A stretch of 64,000 bases of DNA, from contig CBDAPB010000032.1 of the NCBI GenBank assembly GCA_965198265.1, positions 2,557 to 66,556 of the forward strand, read 5' to 3'. The notes under the pieces are model-generated. The model was given only the letters and a program-made list of their open reading frames with translations, was not told the origin of the DNA and did no database searches. Positions 51,137 through 59,928 of the stretch are shown one piece after another; position 1 is the first letter of the stretch, and each line of letters begins with the position of its first letter. The stretch comes from Terriglobia bacterium. Its GTDB lineage: Bacteria; Acidobacteriota; Terriglobia; 20CM-2-55-15. A program made the translations under genes and the position numbers.

Positions 51137-53041
51137 CTATTGGGGCATTTTCTTTATTTCGCGGAGCTTATCGCGGAGTTCTTCGGTGGCCTGGCCGGCC
51201 TCTTCGAAGTTCCGAATGACATGTGGGGTGATCAGAATCACCAGTTCCGTACGATTCTTGGTTGTAGAAGTGCTGCCGAACAGCACCCCCAGACCCGGGA
51301 TGCGACCAAGGAGCGGGATTCTGTTTCTAACCACATCGTTGCTTTCCCGGATGAAGCCTCCGAGCACGATCGTCTGTCCGTCGCGAACGACGACGGTCGA
51401 AGTGACCGCCGATTGCCCGATCACCGGACCGAGAGGGCCCGCGACACCGGCCTGGCTGACTTCCTGGCTGATCTCCAAAGTAACGTTTCCGCTGTCGTTG
51501 ATCTGAGGGAGGACCGACATGATCACGCCGGTCTCGCGACGCTCGATTGTCTGGGCAAAGAGGGTCCCTCCCCCGGGGGCCTGAACGCCGCTGGCCGACG
51601 TCGCAACAGGTACCGGCACCTCCGCTCCTACGGTGAACTGCGCGGTCTTGTTGTCACTGACGAGGACGGAGGGCGCCGAAAGCGTTCGGACCCGGGACCG
51701 GTTCTCCGAAGCGTTGAGGAACACAAAGAGCTCTCTTGAACGACCGATGAACGCAAACGTCTGGGCCGCGAGTGAGGGCGGGTTACCTGCGAATGACGCC
51801 GTCGTCTGGGCCGGCCCGAGAGTGCCCCGATTCTGGAGGATCGCCGACAATCCGAATGCGAGCGAATCGTCCAGAACGACTTCGTAGATCTGGGCATCGA
51901 TCAGCACCTGTCGCGGCAGGACGTCCAGCTGTTCGATCGTATCTTCGATGATGGCGTACTCCTGCGGGGTCGCCTGAATCACGAGCGCATTATTAGACAC
52001 GTCTGCGATGATCTTGACGTTTCCCGTAGGCAGGAATGCGGTCGTGCCTGCCTGCCCCGCAGCAGCCTCGGCGGGGACCTGACCGGCCGGAGGCGGTGTC
52101 AGTCCGATGCCGCCCGTCGGAGTCTGATAGATACTCGAAAGCTGAACTTCGGTACCGTAGAGCTGGTCGAGGACACCTTGGATCTCGCTCGCCCTTGTGT
52201 TTCGGACCCTGTACACGTAGTTGCGGACGCCCGAAGTTTGAAGCGGCTGGTCCAGTCGGTCCAGCCACTTCTGAACTTCATCGAAGACAGCAACGTTCGG
52301 CGAAACCACCAGAACCGAGTTCAGACGTTCGATCGCCACGAACCGGATCGCACCGCGGTTGTCCGACAGCGCGTAGCCCGCGAAAATCGTCCCCAGATCC
52401 TGAACGAGGTCGGTGGCCAGGTTGTTCTCGATCGGAAACAGGCGGACTCGCTCTCCCTCGAAGACGTTCGTGTCAAACACGTCGACGATTTCCAGCAACT
52501 TCAGTAGGTTGCCGCGGCGCTCGCTGATCAGCAGGATGTTTCCGGCTTCGTGCACAACGATACTGGCGCCCTCGCTGAGGTAGGGAGTCAGCAGCTGCGA
52601 CATTTCCGAGGCGGAAACAAACTTCATCCGAACGACCTGGATGACGAACTGATCGTCGACCCTCTGCGGTTGGGCATCGTCCTGGACGGGGAGCGCCAGT
52701 CGCAGCGCGGCGGCCGCCGGAACGATTTCGTAGAAGTTTCCGGTCTGAACAATCGTCGCGCCGTTGATCCTCAGGATGGTCTCCAGGATGGGGAGCAGGT
52801 CGGAGCGCTGAAGGTTCCCCGCCGTGTTGATGTTGACCGTTCCGGCAACCGCCGGATCGACGATGTAGTTGATGCCCAGCGTCTCTCCGATTATCTGGAT
52901 GATCTGGTGGATGTCGGCGTTATCCAGGAACAGCGATATCGGCACCTCATCCTGAGGAGCGGGAGGAGGCTCCTGGGCGCTGAGCGGCATCATACCGGCA
53001 ACGGCAAGCGACAACGAAAGCAAGAGAATAGTTTTCTTCAT
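51137..53041 (-). CDS. gspD: type II secretion system secretin
   Basis: The 634-aa protein has a signal peptide, N-domains and a C-terminal secretin domain (VVVRDGQTIVLGGF ... IPLLGRIPGLGVLFG). Confidence 0.85.
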   Translation of the reverse strand: MKKTILLLSLSLAVAGMMPLSAQEPPPAPQDEVPISLFLDNADIHQIIQIIGETLGINYIVDPAVAGTVNINTAGNLQRSDLLPILETILRINGATIVQTGNFYEIVPAAAALRLALPVQDDAQPQRVDDQFVIQVVRMKFVSASEMSQLLTPYLSEGASIVVHEAGNILLISERRGNLLKLLEIVDVFDTNVFEGERVRLFPIENNLATDLVQDLGTIFAGYALSDNRGAIRFVAIERLNSVLVVSPNVAVFDEVQKWLDRLDQPLQTSGVRNYVYRVRNTRASEIQGVLDQLYGTEVQLSSIYQTPTGGIGLTPPPAGQVPAEAAAGQAGTTAFLPTGNVKIIADVSNNALVIQATPQEYAIIEDTIEQLDVLPRQVLIDAQIYEVVLDDSLAFGLSAILQNRGTLGPAQTTASFAGNPPSLAAQTFAFIGRSRELFVFLNASENRSRVRTLSAPSVLVSDNKTAQFTVGAEVPVPVATSASGVQAPGGGTLFAQTIERRETGVIMSVLPQINDSGNVTLEISQEVSQAGVAGPLGPVIGQSAVTSTVVVRDGQTIVLGGFIRESNDVVRNRIPLLGRIPGLGVLFGSTSTTKNRTELVILITPHVIRNFEEAGQATEELRDKLREIKKMPQ

Positions 53042-53748
53042 GGCGGAGGCTTCGGAACAAGACGGTTACCAAACGGAGTCCTCTGGATCATCAATCCCGG
53101 CGGGACATTGTCTTCGGTGACGGCTCCGGGATTCGCCGTCCCGGATTGACGCGAGGTGTTGCGATTCACGCCCGATTCAACACTCGGTGCAGCCGCCTGA
53201 GCCTGGACGGTAGATACCGGTGGCGCAGCCCCGCTCCGAGCGATCGTCCGACTCTGATCTCTGGGCATCTGCGCAGTCGGGTCGTTCATGATCACGGTCG
53301 TCTCGACACCACCGGAGCGAATGCGCACGGATTTGTCGAGGATCTCGAGGAGTTCCCAGCCATCGATCACTTCTCCGATCCGCACCGGCCGGTACTCGCG
53401 ATTCCCGGCTTCGCCGGTCGCCAGCATGGCCATCGGCTCGTTCCCGAGCGACAGTGTGCCGAACAGGAACGGACGAGGACCTGCGGCGACCGGGCCTTCC
53501 GATGTCTCGATTGCCAGATCGTTCCGGTCGAAGCTGAAAAAGTTCTGTTCCGCGATGGCGGTCCAGTCCTGAACGGATCTAGCCGTTCCATCGGCTTCGT
53601 CTGGAATCCCGAGCGCCTCGCCATCAAACTGGATGCCGGCCGGAGAATGGATTATTTCGAACTCGACCCAGCCCCTGCGTAGTTCCACGGTCGCGCCGAT
53701 CACAGTGAGCGCCAGAATCACGTTGATGATGATCAGTTCTCGTTTCAT
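53038..53748 (-). CDS. GspC/PilP-like secretin-interacting protein (single transmembrane helix + HR-type domain)
   Basis: It has an N-terminal transmembrane helix and a central block RPVRIGEVIDGWELLEILDKSVRIRSGGVETTVIM resembling the GspC HR/PilP domain. Confidence 0.5.
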   Translation of the reverse strand: MKRELIIINVILALTVIGATVELRRGWVEFEIIHSPAGIQFDGEALGIPDEADGTARSVQDWTAIAEQNFFSFDRNDLAIETSEGPVAAGPRPFLFGTLSLGNEPMAMLATGEAGNREYRPVRIGEVIDGWELLEILDKSVRIRSGGVETTVIMNDPTAQMPRDQSRTIARSGAAPPVSTVQAQAAAPSVESGVNRNTSRQSGTANPGAVTEDNVPPGLMIQRTPFGNRLVPKPPP

Positions 53749-53751
53749 CGA

Positions 53752-54360
53752 TCAATCCTCAGCCGGATCGCCTTCAGGCGGGCTGGCCAGAACGGCACCG
53801 ACGGTCAGGTTCACGCGCACATCTTTGAGCAACTCCATCTCATCGCTCACTTCATCCACGACGCTTAGCGGAGCGATTTGAATAGACCTCACTGCGACGA
53901 GTCTCTCCGAGCCACGCAACCCTTTGAGGAACGCGACGAGCTGGCCGGGTGTACATTCGAACCCGAGCGTCATCGTAATCTCATTGAAGAACTCGTCCTT
54001 CCGACTGGCCGCGGACATATTCCTCTGACCCAACTCGATTCCTGTGGCCTCGGCGACTTCTTCGATCATCGTTTGCAGCTCGGCAGAGGCCAGCGACGGG
54101 TTATCGCCGCGGATCAGGAGCGCTTCGCCCTCTTCGACACGCCGGCGGGCTTCTTCGAGCAGCCGCCCATAGTCCGCCTTTCGCACGACCGCGCGGCGAT
54201 ACCGGCGCAATTGGTCTTCCCGATCCAGAGCGATATCAGCGGCTGCGGCCAGCCCGTCGTAAGCAGGGAAAGCGACTTCGGAGAGGACGAGATACAGGCC
54301 CAGCGAGACGCCCAGCAGGAGAAGCGCTCGACGATCTCGCTGTCGAATCTCCAGCTTCAC
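53752..54360 (-). CDS. gspM: GspM/PilO-like T2SS assembly protein
   Basis: The 202-aa protein has a single transmembrane helix after a short cytoplasmic N-terminus. The call rests on this topology and on its position between the gspL-like gene and the GspC/PilP-like gene. Confidence 0.5.
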   Translation of the reverse strand: MKLEIRQRDRRALLLLGVSLGLYLVLSEVAFPAYDGLAAAADIALDREDQLRRYRRAVVRKADYGRLLEEARRRVEEGEALLIRGDNPSLASAELQTMIEEVAEATGIELGQRNMSAASRKDEFFNEITMTLGFECTPGQLVAFLKGLRGSERLVAVRSIQIAPLSVVDEVSDEMELLKDVRVNLTVGAVLASPPEGDPAED

Positions 54361-55469
54361 GACTCACCGCCAACACTGAAACGCAGGGTGAAGCGGTCGC
54401 GCCCGGCGTCATCCCGCGTAACGGTGCTCACGAACTCAGCGTCTTCAAAAAACGGACTCTCTTCGATCAGTCGCTGGATCTCGGAAGCGCTTCCGGAAAA
54501 ACCCGTGATCGTCGCGGCTCCTTCCTGTAGCGAAACCGCGCTCAACCAGGTGTCAGGAGGCAGAACGCGAACCAGTTCCTGGAGCACTTCGAGCGTGGAA
54601 TCGCCTCCCGCCAAGTGCACGCTCAGGGCCCGGTACTTCTCCGAGAGTGCGTTCATCTCCATTTCCTGGTCGGTCAGGTCCCGGACCGTCGGGGCAACGC
54701 TGCGAATGGCGGTCTCCAACCCCGAAGCGTAGACGGACCATTGGTAGGGCGCGCGCAGCCCGAGCGCGGTGCCGACGAGAACTAGCAGCAAAACGAGCAC
54801 AAAGGTCGGCACGAGCTGCGCCTGCTTGCTCCGGTACCTCCGCTCCGATGGGATGACATTCACGGCGAATGGGCTTTCGCCGACGCCGGACAGAGCAGCG
54901 GCCAAGGCTCCAAAGAAACCCCTCGGGCGGTCTACTGTCCCCTCGACCGGTAACCGCGGATTGTCCCCATCCAGGTCTTCGAGCTTCGAACCGTGGGCTA
55001 CGGTGCGTGCGGCTTCGAGGCTCATTACACGAGCCTGGCTGGCGAGTCGCGCGATCATGGACGCGGCTCGCTGGTTGGACGAACCGGCCTCGTCCACCGT
55101 GAGAGACGTCATCCGACCATCATGGACTAGACAGCCCTCGGCGTATTCCGACTCCAGGCCCAACAGAACCATCGGCCGCTCGTCGGGCCACAATGCGGTC
55201 GCCGCGTGAGCACACGCGAGGGTTGAAAGCGTCGCACCTGTCAACGGAAGGCTCGCCGAGGAGAACAGGTCGATCCATGGATCGAGTCCTTCGCGCGTCA
55301 TGATCGCGATCGTCACCCGCAGGGATTTGCCCGGCTTTCCTCGATCTTTCGACGACATGTCCCAATAGATTTCTTCCTTCGGCCACGGCGAAAGGCTCTC
55401 GACTTGGAACTCCACTGCGGATCTCAAGCTCTCGCGAACTTCAACCGGTAGGTCCAGGTACCGCACCAT
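54357..55469 (-). CDS. gspL: GspL-like T2SS protein (cytoplasmic domain + transmembrane helix + periplasmic domain), main 370-aa part
   Basis: A transmembrane segment LVPTFVLVLLLVLVGTALGL follows about 225 cytoplasmic residues. It sits between gspK and gspM. Confidence 0.55.
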   Translation of the reverse strand: MVRYLDLPVEVRESLRSAVEFQVESLSPWPKEEIYWDMSSKDRGKPGKSLRVTIAIMTREGLDPWIDLFSSASLPLTGATLSTLACAHAATALWPDERPMVLLGLESEYAEGCLVHDGRMTSLTVDEAGSSNQRAASMIARLASQARVMSLEAARTVAHGSKLEDLDGDNPRLPVEGTVDRPRGFFGALAAALSGVGESPFAVNVIPSERRYRSKQAQLVPTFVLVLLLVLVGTALGLRAPYQWSVYASGLETAIRSVAPTVRDLTDQEMEMNALSEKYRALSVHLAGGDSTLEVLQELVRVLPPDTWLSAVSLQEGAATITGFSGSASEIQRLIEESPFFEDAEFVSTVTRDDAGRDRFTLRFSVGGES

Positions 55470-55514
55470 CCCACTCGACTCCGGCAGGCTGAGGAATGCT
55501 CTGGCACTGCGGAG

Positions 55515-55700
55515 TTAGTGCCGTTCAGCAACCTTCTCGAGCTCGGCTGTGCGCTCGTCGGTACCCATCCCACCAAAGCCTTCAACGACAAAGGATGAAA
55601 TCAGGCGTCTCCTGTTGAATGCCGCACGAACGACAGTGACACGGAGATCACTCCCGGCGACCTCGAAGCCGGCGATAGTCTTGGGCAGAAAGCTATTCAT
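55515..55700 (-). CDS. 61-aa ORF in the same frame as gspL, separated from it by a single TAA codon
   Basis: The minus-strand reading is ...KVAERH-TAA-LRSARAFLSLPESSG-MVRYLDLPVEV.... Its start overlaps the gspK stop. Confidence 0.4.
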   Translation of the reverse strand: MNSFLPKTIAGFEVAGSDLRVTVVRAAFNRRRLISSFVVEGFGGMGTDERTAELEKVAERH

Positions 55701-56676
55701 ACTGCCACCGGTCGAGCTTCAGCTCCTGTACCCTGCGATAGAAGAGGGGATTGAGAACCAGGATCTGCAATCGCTCTTCCCTCCTCAGGATCAGGCGAAC
55801 ACTACGCGCCACGCCGGAAGGGATCGCCTTGCCTCTCGAAACGATCGTCACCGGACCGTCGTCCTCGAATGTGAAGTAACCCAGAACGTCGCTATCGGAC
55901 AGTACCGGTATCCTCGCGACCAGGTCGGCCCCATCGTCGAAGAATCCGGCCTCCCGTGCCTCGACGATGGTCTCGGCCAGAACCGGGTTGATCCCTGGCA
56001 GCGCATGCAGTACGGCGACGGATGCCTCATTCGGATTCACCTGAGCCGTACCGGAGTCCGTGGTAACCAGTTCCCGAACCCCGGGGACCCGGCTGAAGCC
56101 GCCCGACGTAGGGTCCATGCTCAGTCGGCCGTAGAATAATTCCGGCGTCATTCCCTTCACGAACAGGATGTCGTCGACAAAGCGAAAGACGCCGTTCGCG
56201 GGCAAACGCCTCCCATCGACGGCATCATAGTCTCCGATCTCGGCTCCGTAGAGATGCGGTATGTCGTCGCCGTCTCTCCAGTCCAGGATCGAGTCGACGA
56301 GGCGGTTGCGGGTATCTTGGTCCAGACCCAGGGAATCGAACATCGAAGCCAGCACCATGTCCGACGCCTGGTTGATGTCGATGAGGCCCCGACCGGACTC
56401 GAGTCGGACTCGAACTTCTCCCGCATCGAACGGGAAAACGTACTCTTCGTTCACCAATTCCACCGGTGAGCCCGCAAACAGATCCCCATCTGTCATCAAG
56501 TCCTCGTACATCACCTCCGCAGCTCCACGCGCCATGAAAAAAGCCCGTTCCGAATCGAAGCCGCCCCGCGAGCTCGACATCTCCGTCCGCACGGCGGCCG
56601 CCAGCGACAACGAGATCACCGACAGGATCAACACGACCCAGAGAACGCTCAACAGGATGACACCGCGGTTTTTCAT
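55693..56676 (-). CDS. gspK: T2SS minor pseudopilin GspK
   Basis: The 327-aa protein has the N-terminus MKNRGVILLSVLWVVLILSVISL without the E+5 residue, as is typical of GspK. Confidence 0.7.
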   Translation of the reverse strand: MKNRGVILLSVLWVVLILSVISLSLAAAVRTEMSSSRGGFDSERAFFMARGAAEVMYEDLMTDGDLFAGSPVELVNEEYVFPFDAGEVRVRLESGRGLIDINQASDMVLASMFDSLGLDQDTRNRLVDSILDWRDGDDIPHLYGAEIGDYDAVDGRRLPANGVFRFVDDILFVKGMTPELFYGRLSMDPTSGGFSRVPGVRELVTTDSGTAQVNPNEASVAVLHALPGINPVLAETIVEAREAGFFDDGADLVARIPVLSDSDVLGYFTFEDDGPVTIVSRGKAIPSGVARSVRLILRREERLQILVLNPLFYRRVQELKLDRWQYE

Positions 56677-57254
56677 CGGTAAATCAGGGGAACGATTACA
56701 TAGTCGTCATCAATCCGAACCTGGACAGCGACGGTCAGGCCGGCACCGGATTCCCACTCATCGATCCATTGCAGTCTTCCGTCACGATCCGAGCCGAGGT
56801 AACGGAACTCGACGTTCCGAAACTGCGCCAACAGCTGCCCCTGACGATTCGTAATCTCGTTCGGTTCATGATCAAACAGGAGCTGCTCGTCGTACACGAA
56901 CCCGCCATCCTCTACGGCATAATCGATTTTGCGAGCCTGGACCGCTCCGTCGATCAACGAGTAGGCGGAGACGAACTCGAGCCTCCGGTTATCGCCGGCA
57001 AAAAGGACGAAAGCGCCATCGTCGCCTTCGAACTCCATCGGAGAAGCCAGCGAAAGCTGGCGTCGGAGAAGCCCTTCCACGCGTGCCCGATTCTCGATCT
57101 CCAGGATCTTCCCGGAGGTGCGCTCCCAGGTATCCATCCCGACGCTCAATCCGGAAAACATGAGGGTCATGATCAATCCGACGATCGCGAGGCTGACCAT
57201 CACCTCGATCAGCGTGAACCCGGTCTCTGCCTGGCGCCTGGGATCGATTCTCAC
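56673..57254 (-). CDS. gspJ: T2SS minor pseudopilin GspJ
   Basis: It carries the prepilin motif ETGFTLIEVMVSLAIVGL. The call also rests on size and operon order. Confidence 0.7.
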   Translation of the reverse strand: MRIDPRRQAETGFTLIEVMVSLAIVGLIMTLMFSGLSVGMDTWERTSGKILEIENRARVEGLLRRQLSLASPMEFEGDDGAFVLFAGDNRRLEFVSAYSLIDGAVQARKIDYAVEDGGFVYDEQLLFDHEPNEITNRQGQLLAQFRNVEFRYLGSDRDGRLQWIDEWESGAGLTVAVQVRIDDDYVIVPLIYR

Positions 57255-57269
57255 AGCCTCAGCCTCGAT

Positions 57270-57707
57270 TCATTCCGGAAACACATCGTCGATCGCACGT
57301 TGGAAGTCCTGAGGGGTATAGGTCAGCGCGGACGGCTTCACCGTCTCCACGTCGATGTTTCGCCGCCCGGAACGCCCATCGAACTCAATTTCGACGATAA
57401 TTTTCACGATCGCCTGCTCCGGACGCGCGTCGAAACTCTCGGGAATCCAGGGCTCCACTCTCACCCTCCAGTCCGCATCGATTTGGGTCAGACGGCCGCC
57501 GGCTTGGCCGTCTGCCGGAAGAACAGGCAGCAGGAGGACCCGATTCATGACTTCCGCGGCCGCGAGATGGTAGCGGTGCAGTCTCTCGATCCGTCGGAGA
57601 TTGTCGACCGAGGTGCTGAAAAGGCCGAAAAGCGCGCTCGAAGTCAGCCCCAGTATGGCGACGGCAACGACCACTTCGATCAGGGTGAAGCCTCTCTGAT
57701 ACCTCAC
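57270..57707 (-). CDS. gspI: T2SS minor pseudopilin GspI
   Basis: It carries the prepilin motif QRGFTLIEVVVAVAIL (145 aa). Confidence 0.7.
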   Translation of the reverse strand: MRYQRGFTLIEVVVAVAILGLTSSALFGLFSTSVDNLRRIERLHRYHLAAAEVMNRVLLLPVLPADGQAGGRLTQIDADWRVRVEPWIPESFDARPEQAIVKIIVEIEFDGRSGRRNIDVETVKPSALTYTPQDFQRAIDDVFPE

Positions 57708-58108
57708 TGGAAGGTCACCTCGAAGGGCCCAAGGCGGGACCGCAGCTGGATGACCTGGCCCCGGAGCAGGCCCGAGGGAGGCACGTAGATCGACTCGATG
57801 CCACCTTCGGAATCGGCGACGAGTTCCACCGAAGAAGGTAGTTCCCGTTCTCTCAGGATGTTCATGTCGGGTCCCACCAGGGTTACCGTCGGCCCCCTGC
57901 GATTCAGCACTACGAAATGGGCGAGACTGGACCGCTGAGCCCGGGACCGGGCCATCTCGACGAAACTGCGGATGGTCTGCTCGGCCTGGTATATCTCGAT
58001 GCGGGTCATGCCGGCACCGATTCGGGGGCCGACCAGCCCGACCGACAGGGCGATGATCGCCATCACGATCATCACTTCGACCAGAGACAGTCCTCTCACC
58101 CGGTTCAT
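57704..58108 (-). CDS. gspH: T2SS minor pseudopilin GspH
   Basis: It carries the prepilin-like N-terminus RGLSLVEVMIVMAIIAL (134 aa). Confidence 0.65.
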   Translation of the reverse strand: MNRVRGLSLVEVMIVMAIIALSVGLVGPRIGAGMTRIEIYQAEQTIRSFVEMARSRAQRSSLAHFVVLNRRGPTVTLVGPDMNILRERELPSSVELVADSEGGIESIYVPPSGLLRGQVIQLRSRLGPFEVTFQ

Positions 58109-58208
58109 GTCAGTGATGACGCCTGATGGGCCGGAAAGGACGAACGGGAGGGAAAAATACTGAAATTCAGTGGGATACGGGTATGGAATGCCCCGGCTGG
58201 ACGGGAAA

Positions 58209-58673
58209 CTACTGCCAGCTCACGATGTCGAGGTTCTCATCCTCGCCGCCCTGTTCACCGTCGGCTCCGAGTGACAGGATGTCGAAGTCTCCATTCTCGC
58301 CGGGGTACAAGTAGACGTAAGAATTCCCCCACGGATCCATTGGGACGTTCTTGCCCAGGTACGGACCGTCCCAGTTCCGGATACCGCCTGGGTCGACCCT
58401 CAGGACTTGAAGCCCTTCCGACGCGGTCGGGTAACGGCCCACGTCGAGGCGGAAGAGGTCGAGCACGGTCTCGAATTCTGAAATCTGTGCCTTGGCCGTT
58501 GTCTGGCGGGCCTTGTCGACGTTGCTGAACAGACGCGCGCCGACCAGGGTGGCGAACAACGAGATGATGACCATCACGACGAGCAGCTCGATCAGCGTGA
58601 TCCCCGAATCCCTCCCCCACGCTCGTCCCGCACGTCTATCATCTTGCGTTTCGAAACGACCTGAACTGTTCAC
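58209..58673 (-). CDS. gspG: T2SS major pseudopilin GspG
   Basis: The sequence ITLIELLVVMVIISLFATLV...NWDGPYL...DPWGNSYVYLYPGENGDFDILSLGADG is the GspG signature. The leader length and start are uncertain, and the +1 residue is Ile. Confidence 0.8.
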   Translation of the reverse strand: MNSSGRFETQDDRRAGRAWGRDSGITLIELLVVMVIISLFATLVGARLFSNVDKARQTTAKAQISEFETVLDLFRLDVGRYPTASEGLQVLRVDPGGIRNWDGPYLGKNVPMDPWGNSYVYLYPGENGDFDILSLGADGEQGGEDENLDIVSWQ

Positions 58674-58713
58674 GGCTTCCTCCTGGTTCTCTCTAGAATG
58701 CGATCTCGTTCGT

Positions 58714-59928
58714 CTAGAACGCGATGTCGTTGATGCTGAAAATCGCCATCAGCATCGATAGCACAACGGTCCCGATCAGTATACCCATGACGAGTATGAT
58801 CAGGGGCTCGAAGACGGCCGTTAGCGCCTTAACTGAGGTCTTAACGTCTTTCTCGTAGACGTCGGCCAGTTGGAGCAGCATCGCGTCGAGACGTCCGGTT
58901 TCTTCCCCGACGCCGACCAGGTGCACGGCCAAACCCGGGAACACCCCGGCCTCGCGCATGGGCTTGGACACTCCTTCGCCGCGCTTCGCACCGTCGGCAA
59001 TTTTCGATATCGCCTCCGCCAGGATCTGATTATGGGCGATGTCCTGGACGATGCGGACCCCTGCAATCAACGGGACAGCGCTGCTGATCAACGTACCGAG
59101 GGTTCTTGCAAAGCGTGCTACTTCGACCTTGAGCAACGTCGGACCGAACAGCGGCATCCTGAATTGGACGATATTCCACATCCGCCGCCCTCTCGCCGTC
59201 TGCAACCAACCCCGAATACCCAGAACCAGCAGAGCAAGACCCGCGAGAACCGCCCACCAGTAGTCACGGGTCAAATTAGACATCGTCAGCAGGGCGAGGG
59301 TCGTCGTCGGCATCTCGGCACCGACGTCTTCGAAAATCGTGGCGAAACGTGGAATCACGAAATAAAACAAGATCCCGAAAGACCCGAGCCCGACCAACGT
59401 CAGGAGAATGGGGTAAACGAGCGACGCGATCAGGTACGAACGAAGCTCGTCGGCAGAACGTTCGAACTCCGCCAATCGGTCCAGGATCACATCCAGAACG
59501 CCACCGGCCTCACCCGCGCGGATCATGCTCACGTGAAGACGGGTGAACTGTTTCGGATGCCCTGCCAGAGCCTCGGCCAGTGACTTGCCGCCTTTGATCT
59601 GCTTCAACAGATCGTCGATCACTTCCTTCAGGACCTGTTTCGGTGCCAGTTCGCGAGTGATGCTGAGGCTCCGGTCCAACGGCAGGCCCGCACGTACGAG
59701 CGTCGCCAGTTCCTCGGTAAAGAAAAGAATGTCTTTGCGTGTAACCCTCTGCAGCCGGAGGGTGGGCAGGCTTATGCCGGACGGTTTTGTCGCAGGCTCA
59801 TCGATCGACACGGGAATCAATCCCATGTTCCTGACGCTGAACGCGGCCGCAGAAACGTCGGCGGCCTCGACGCGACCCTGGAAATGCTTCCCCTGAGGGT
59901 TGACGGCTTTGTATGCGAAGGTTCCCAT
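58714..59928 (-). CDS. gspF: T2SS inner-membrane platform protein GspF
   Basis: Start taken at MGTFAYKAVNPQGK, which overlaps the gspE stop (TGATG). It has two GspF repeats. Confidence 0.85.
   Translation of the reverse strand: MGTFAYKAVNPQGKHFQGRVEAADVSAAAFSVRNMGLIPVSIDEPATKPSGISLPTLRLQRVTRKDILFFTEELATLVRAGLPLDRSLSITRELAPKQVLKEVIDDLLKQIKGGKSLAEALAGHPKQFTRLHVSMIRAGEAGGVLDVILDRLAEFERSADELRSYLIASLVYPILLTLVGLGSFGILFYFVIPRFATIFEDVGAEMPTTTLALLTMSNLTRDYWWAVLAGLALLVLGIRGWLQTARGRRMWNIVQFRMPLFGPTLLKVEVARFARTLGTLISSAVPLIAGVRIVQDIAHNQILAEAISKIADGAKRGEGVSKPMREAGVFPGLAVHLVGVGEETGRLDAMLLQLADVYEKDVKTSVKALTAVFEPLIILVMGILIGTVVLSMLMAIFSINDIAF

Noticed and set aside
58600-58673. Long 24-aa leader on gspG (MNSSGRFETQDDRRAGRAWGRDSG) as a real feature
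   Set aside because: It is probably start-codon over-extension by the ORF caller. The true start is likely a non-ATG codon closer to the G-I cleavage site and cannot be fixed from sequence alone.
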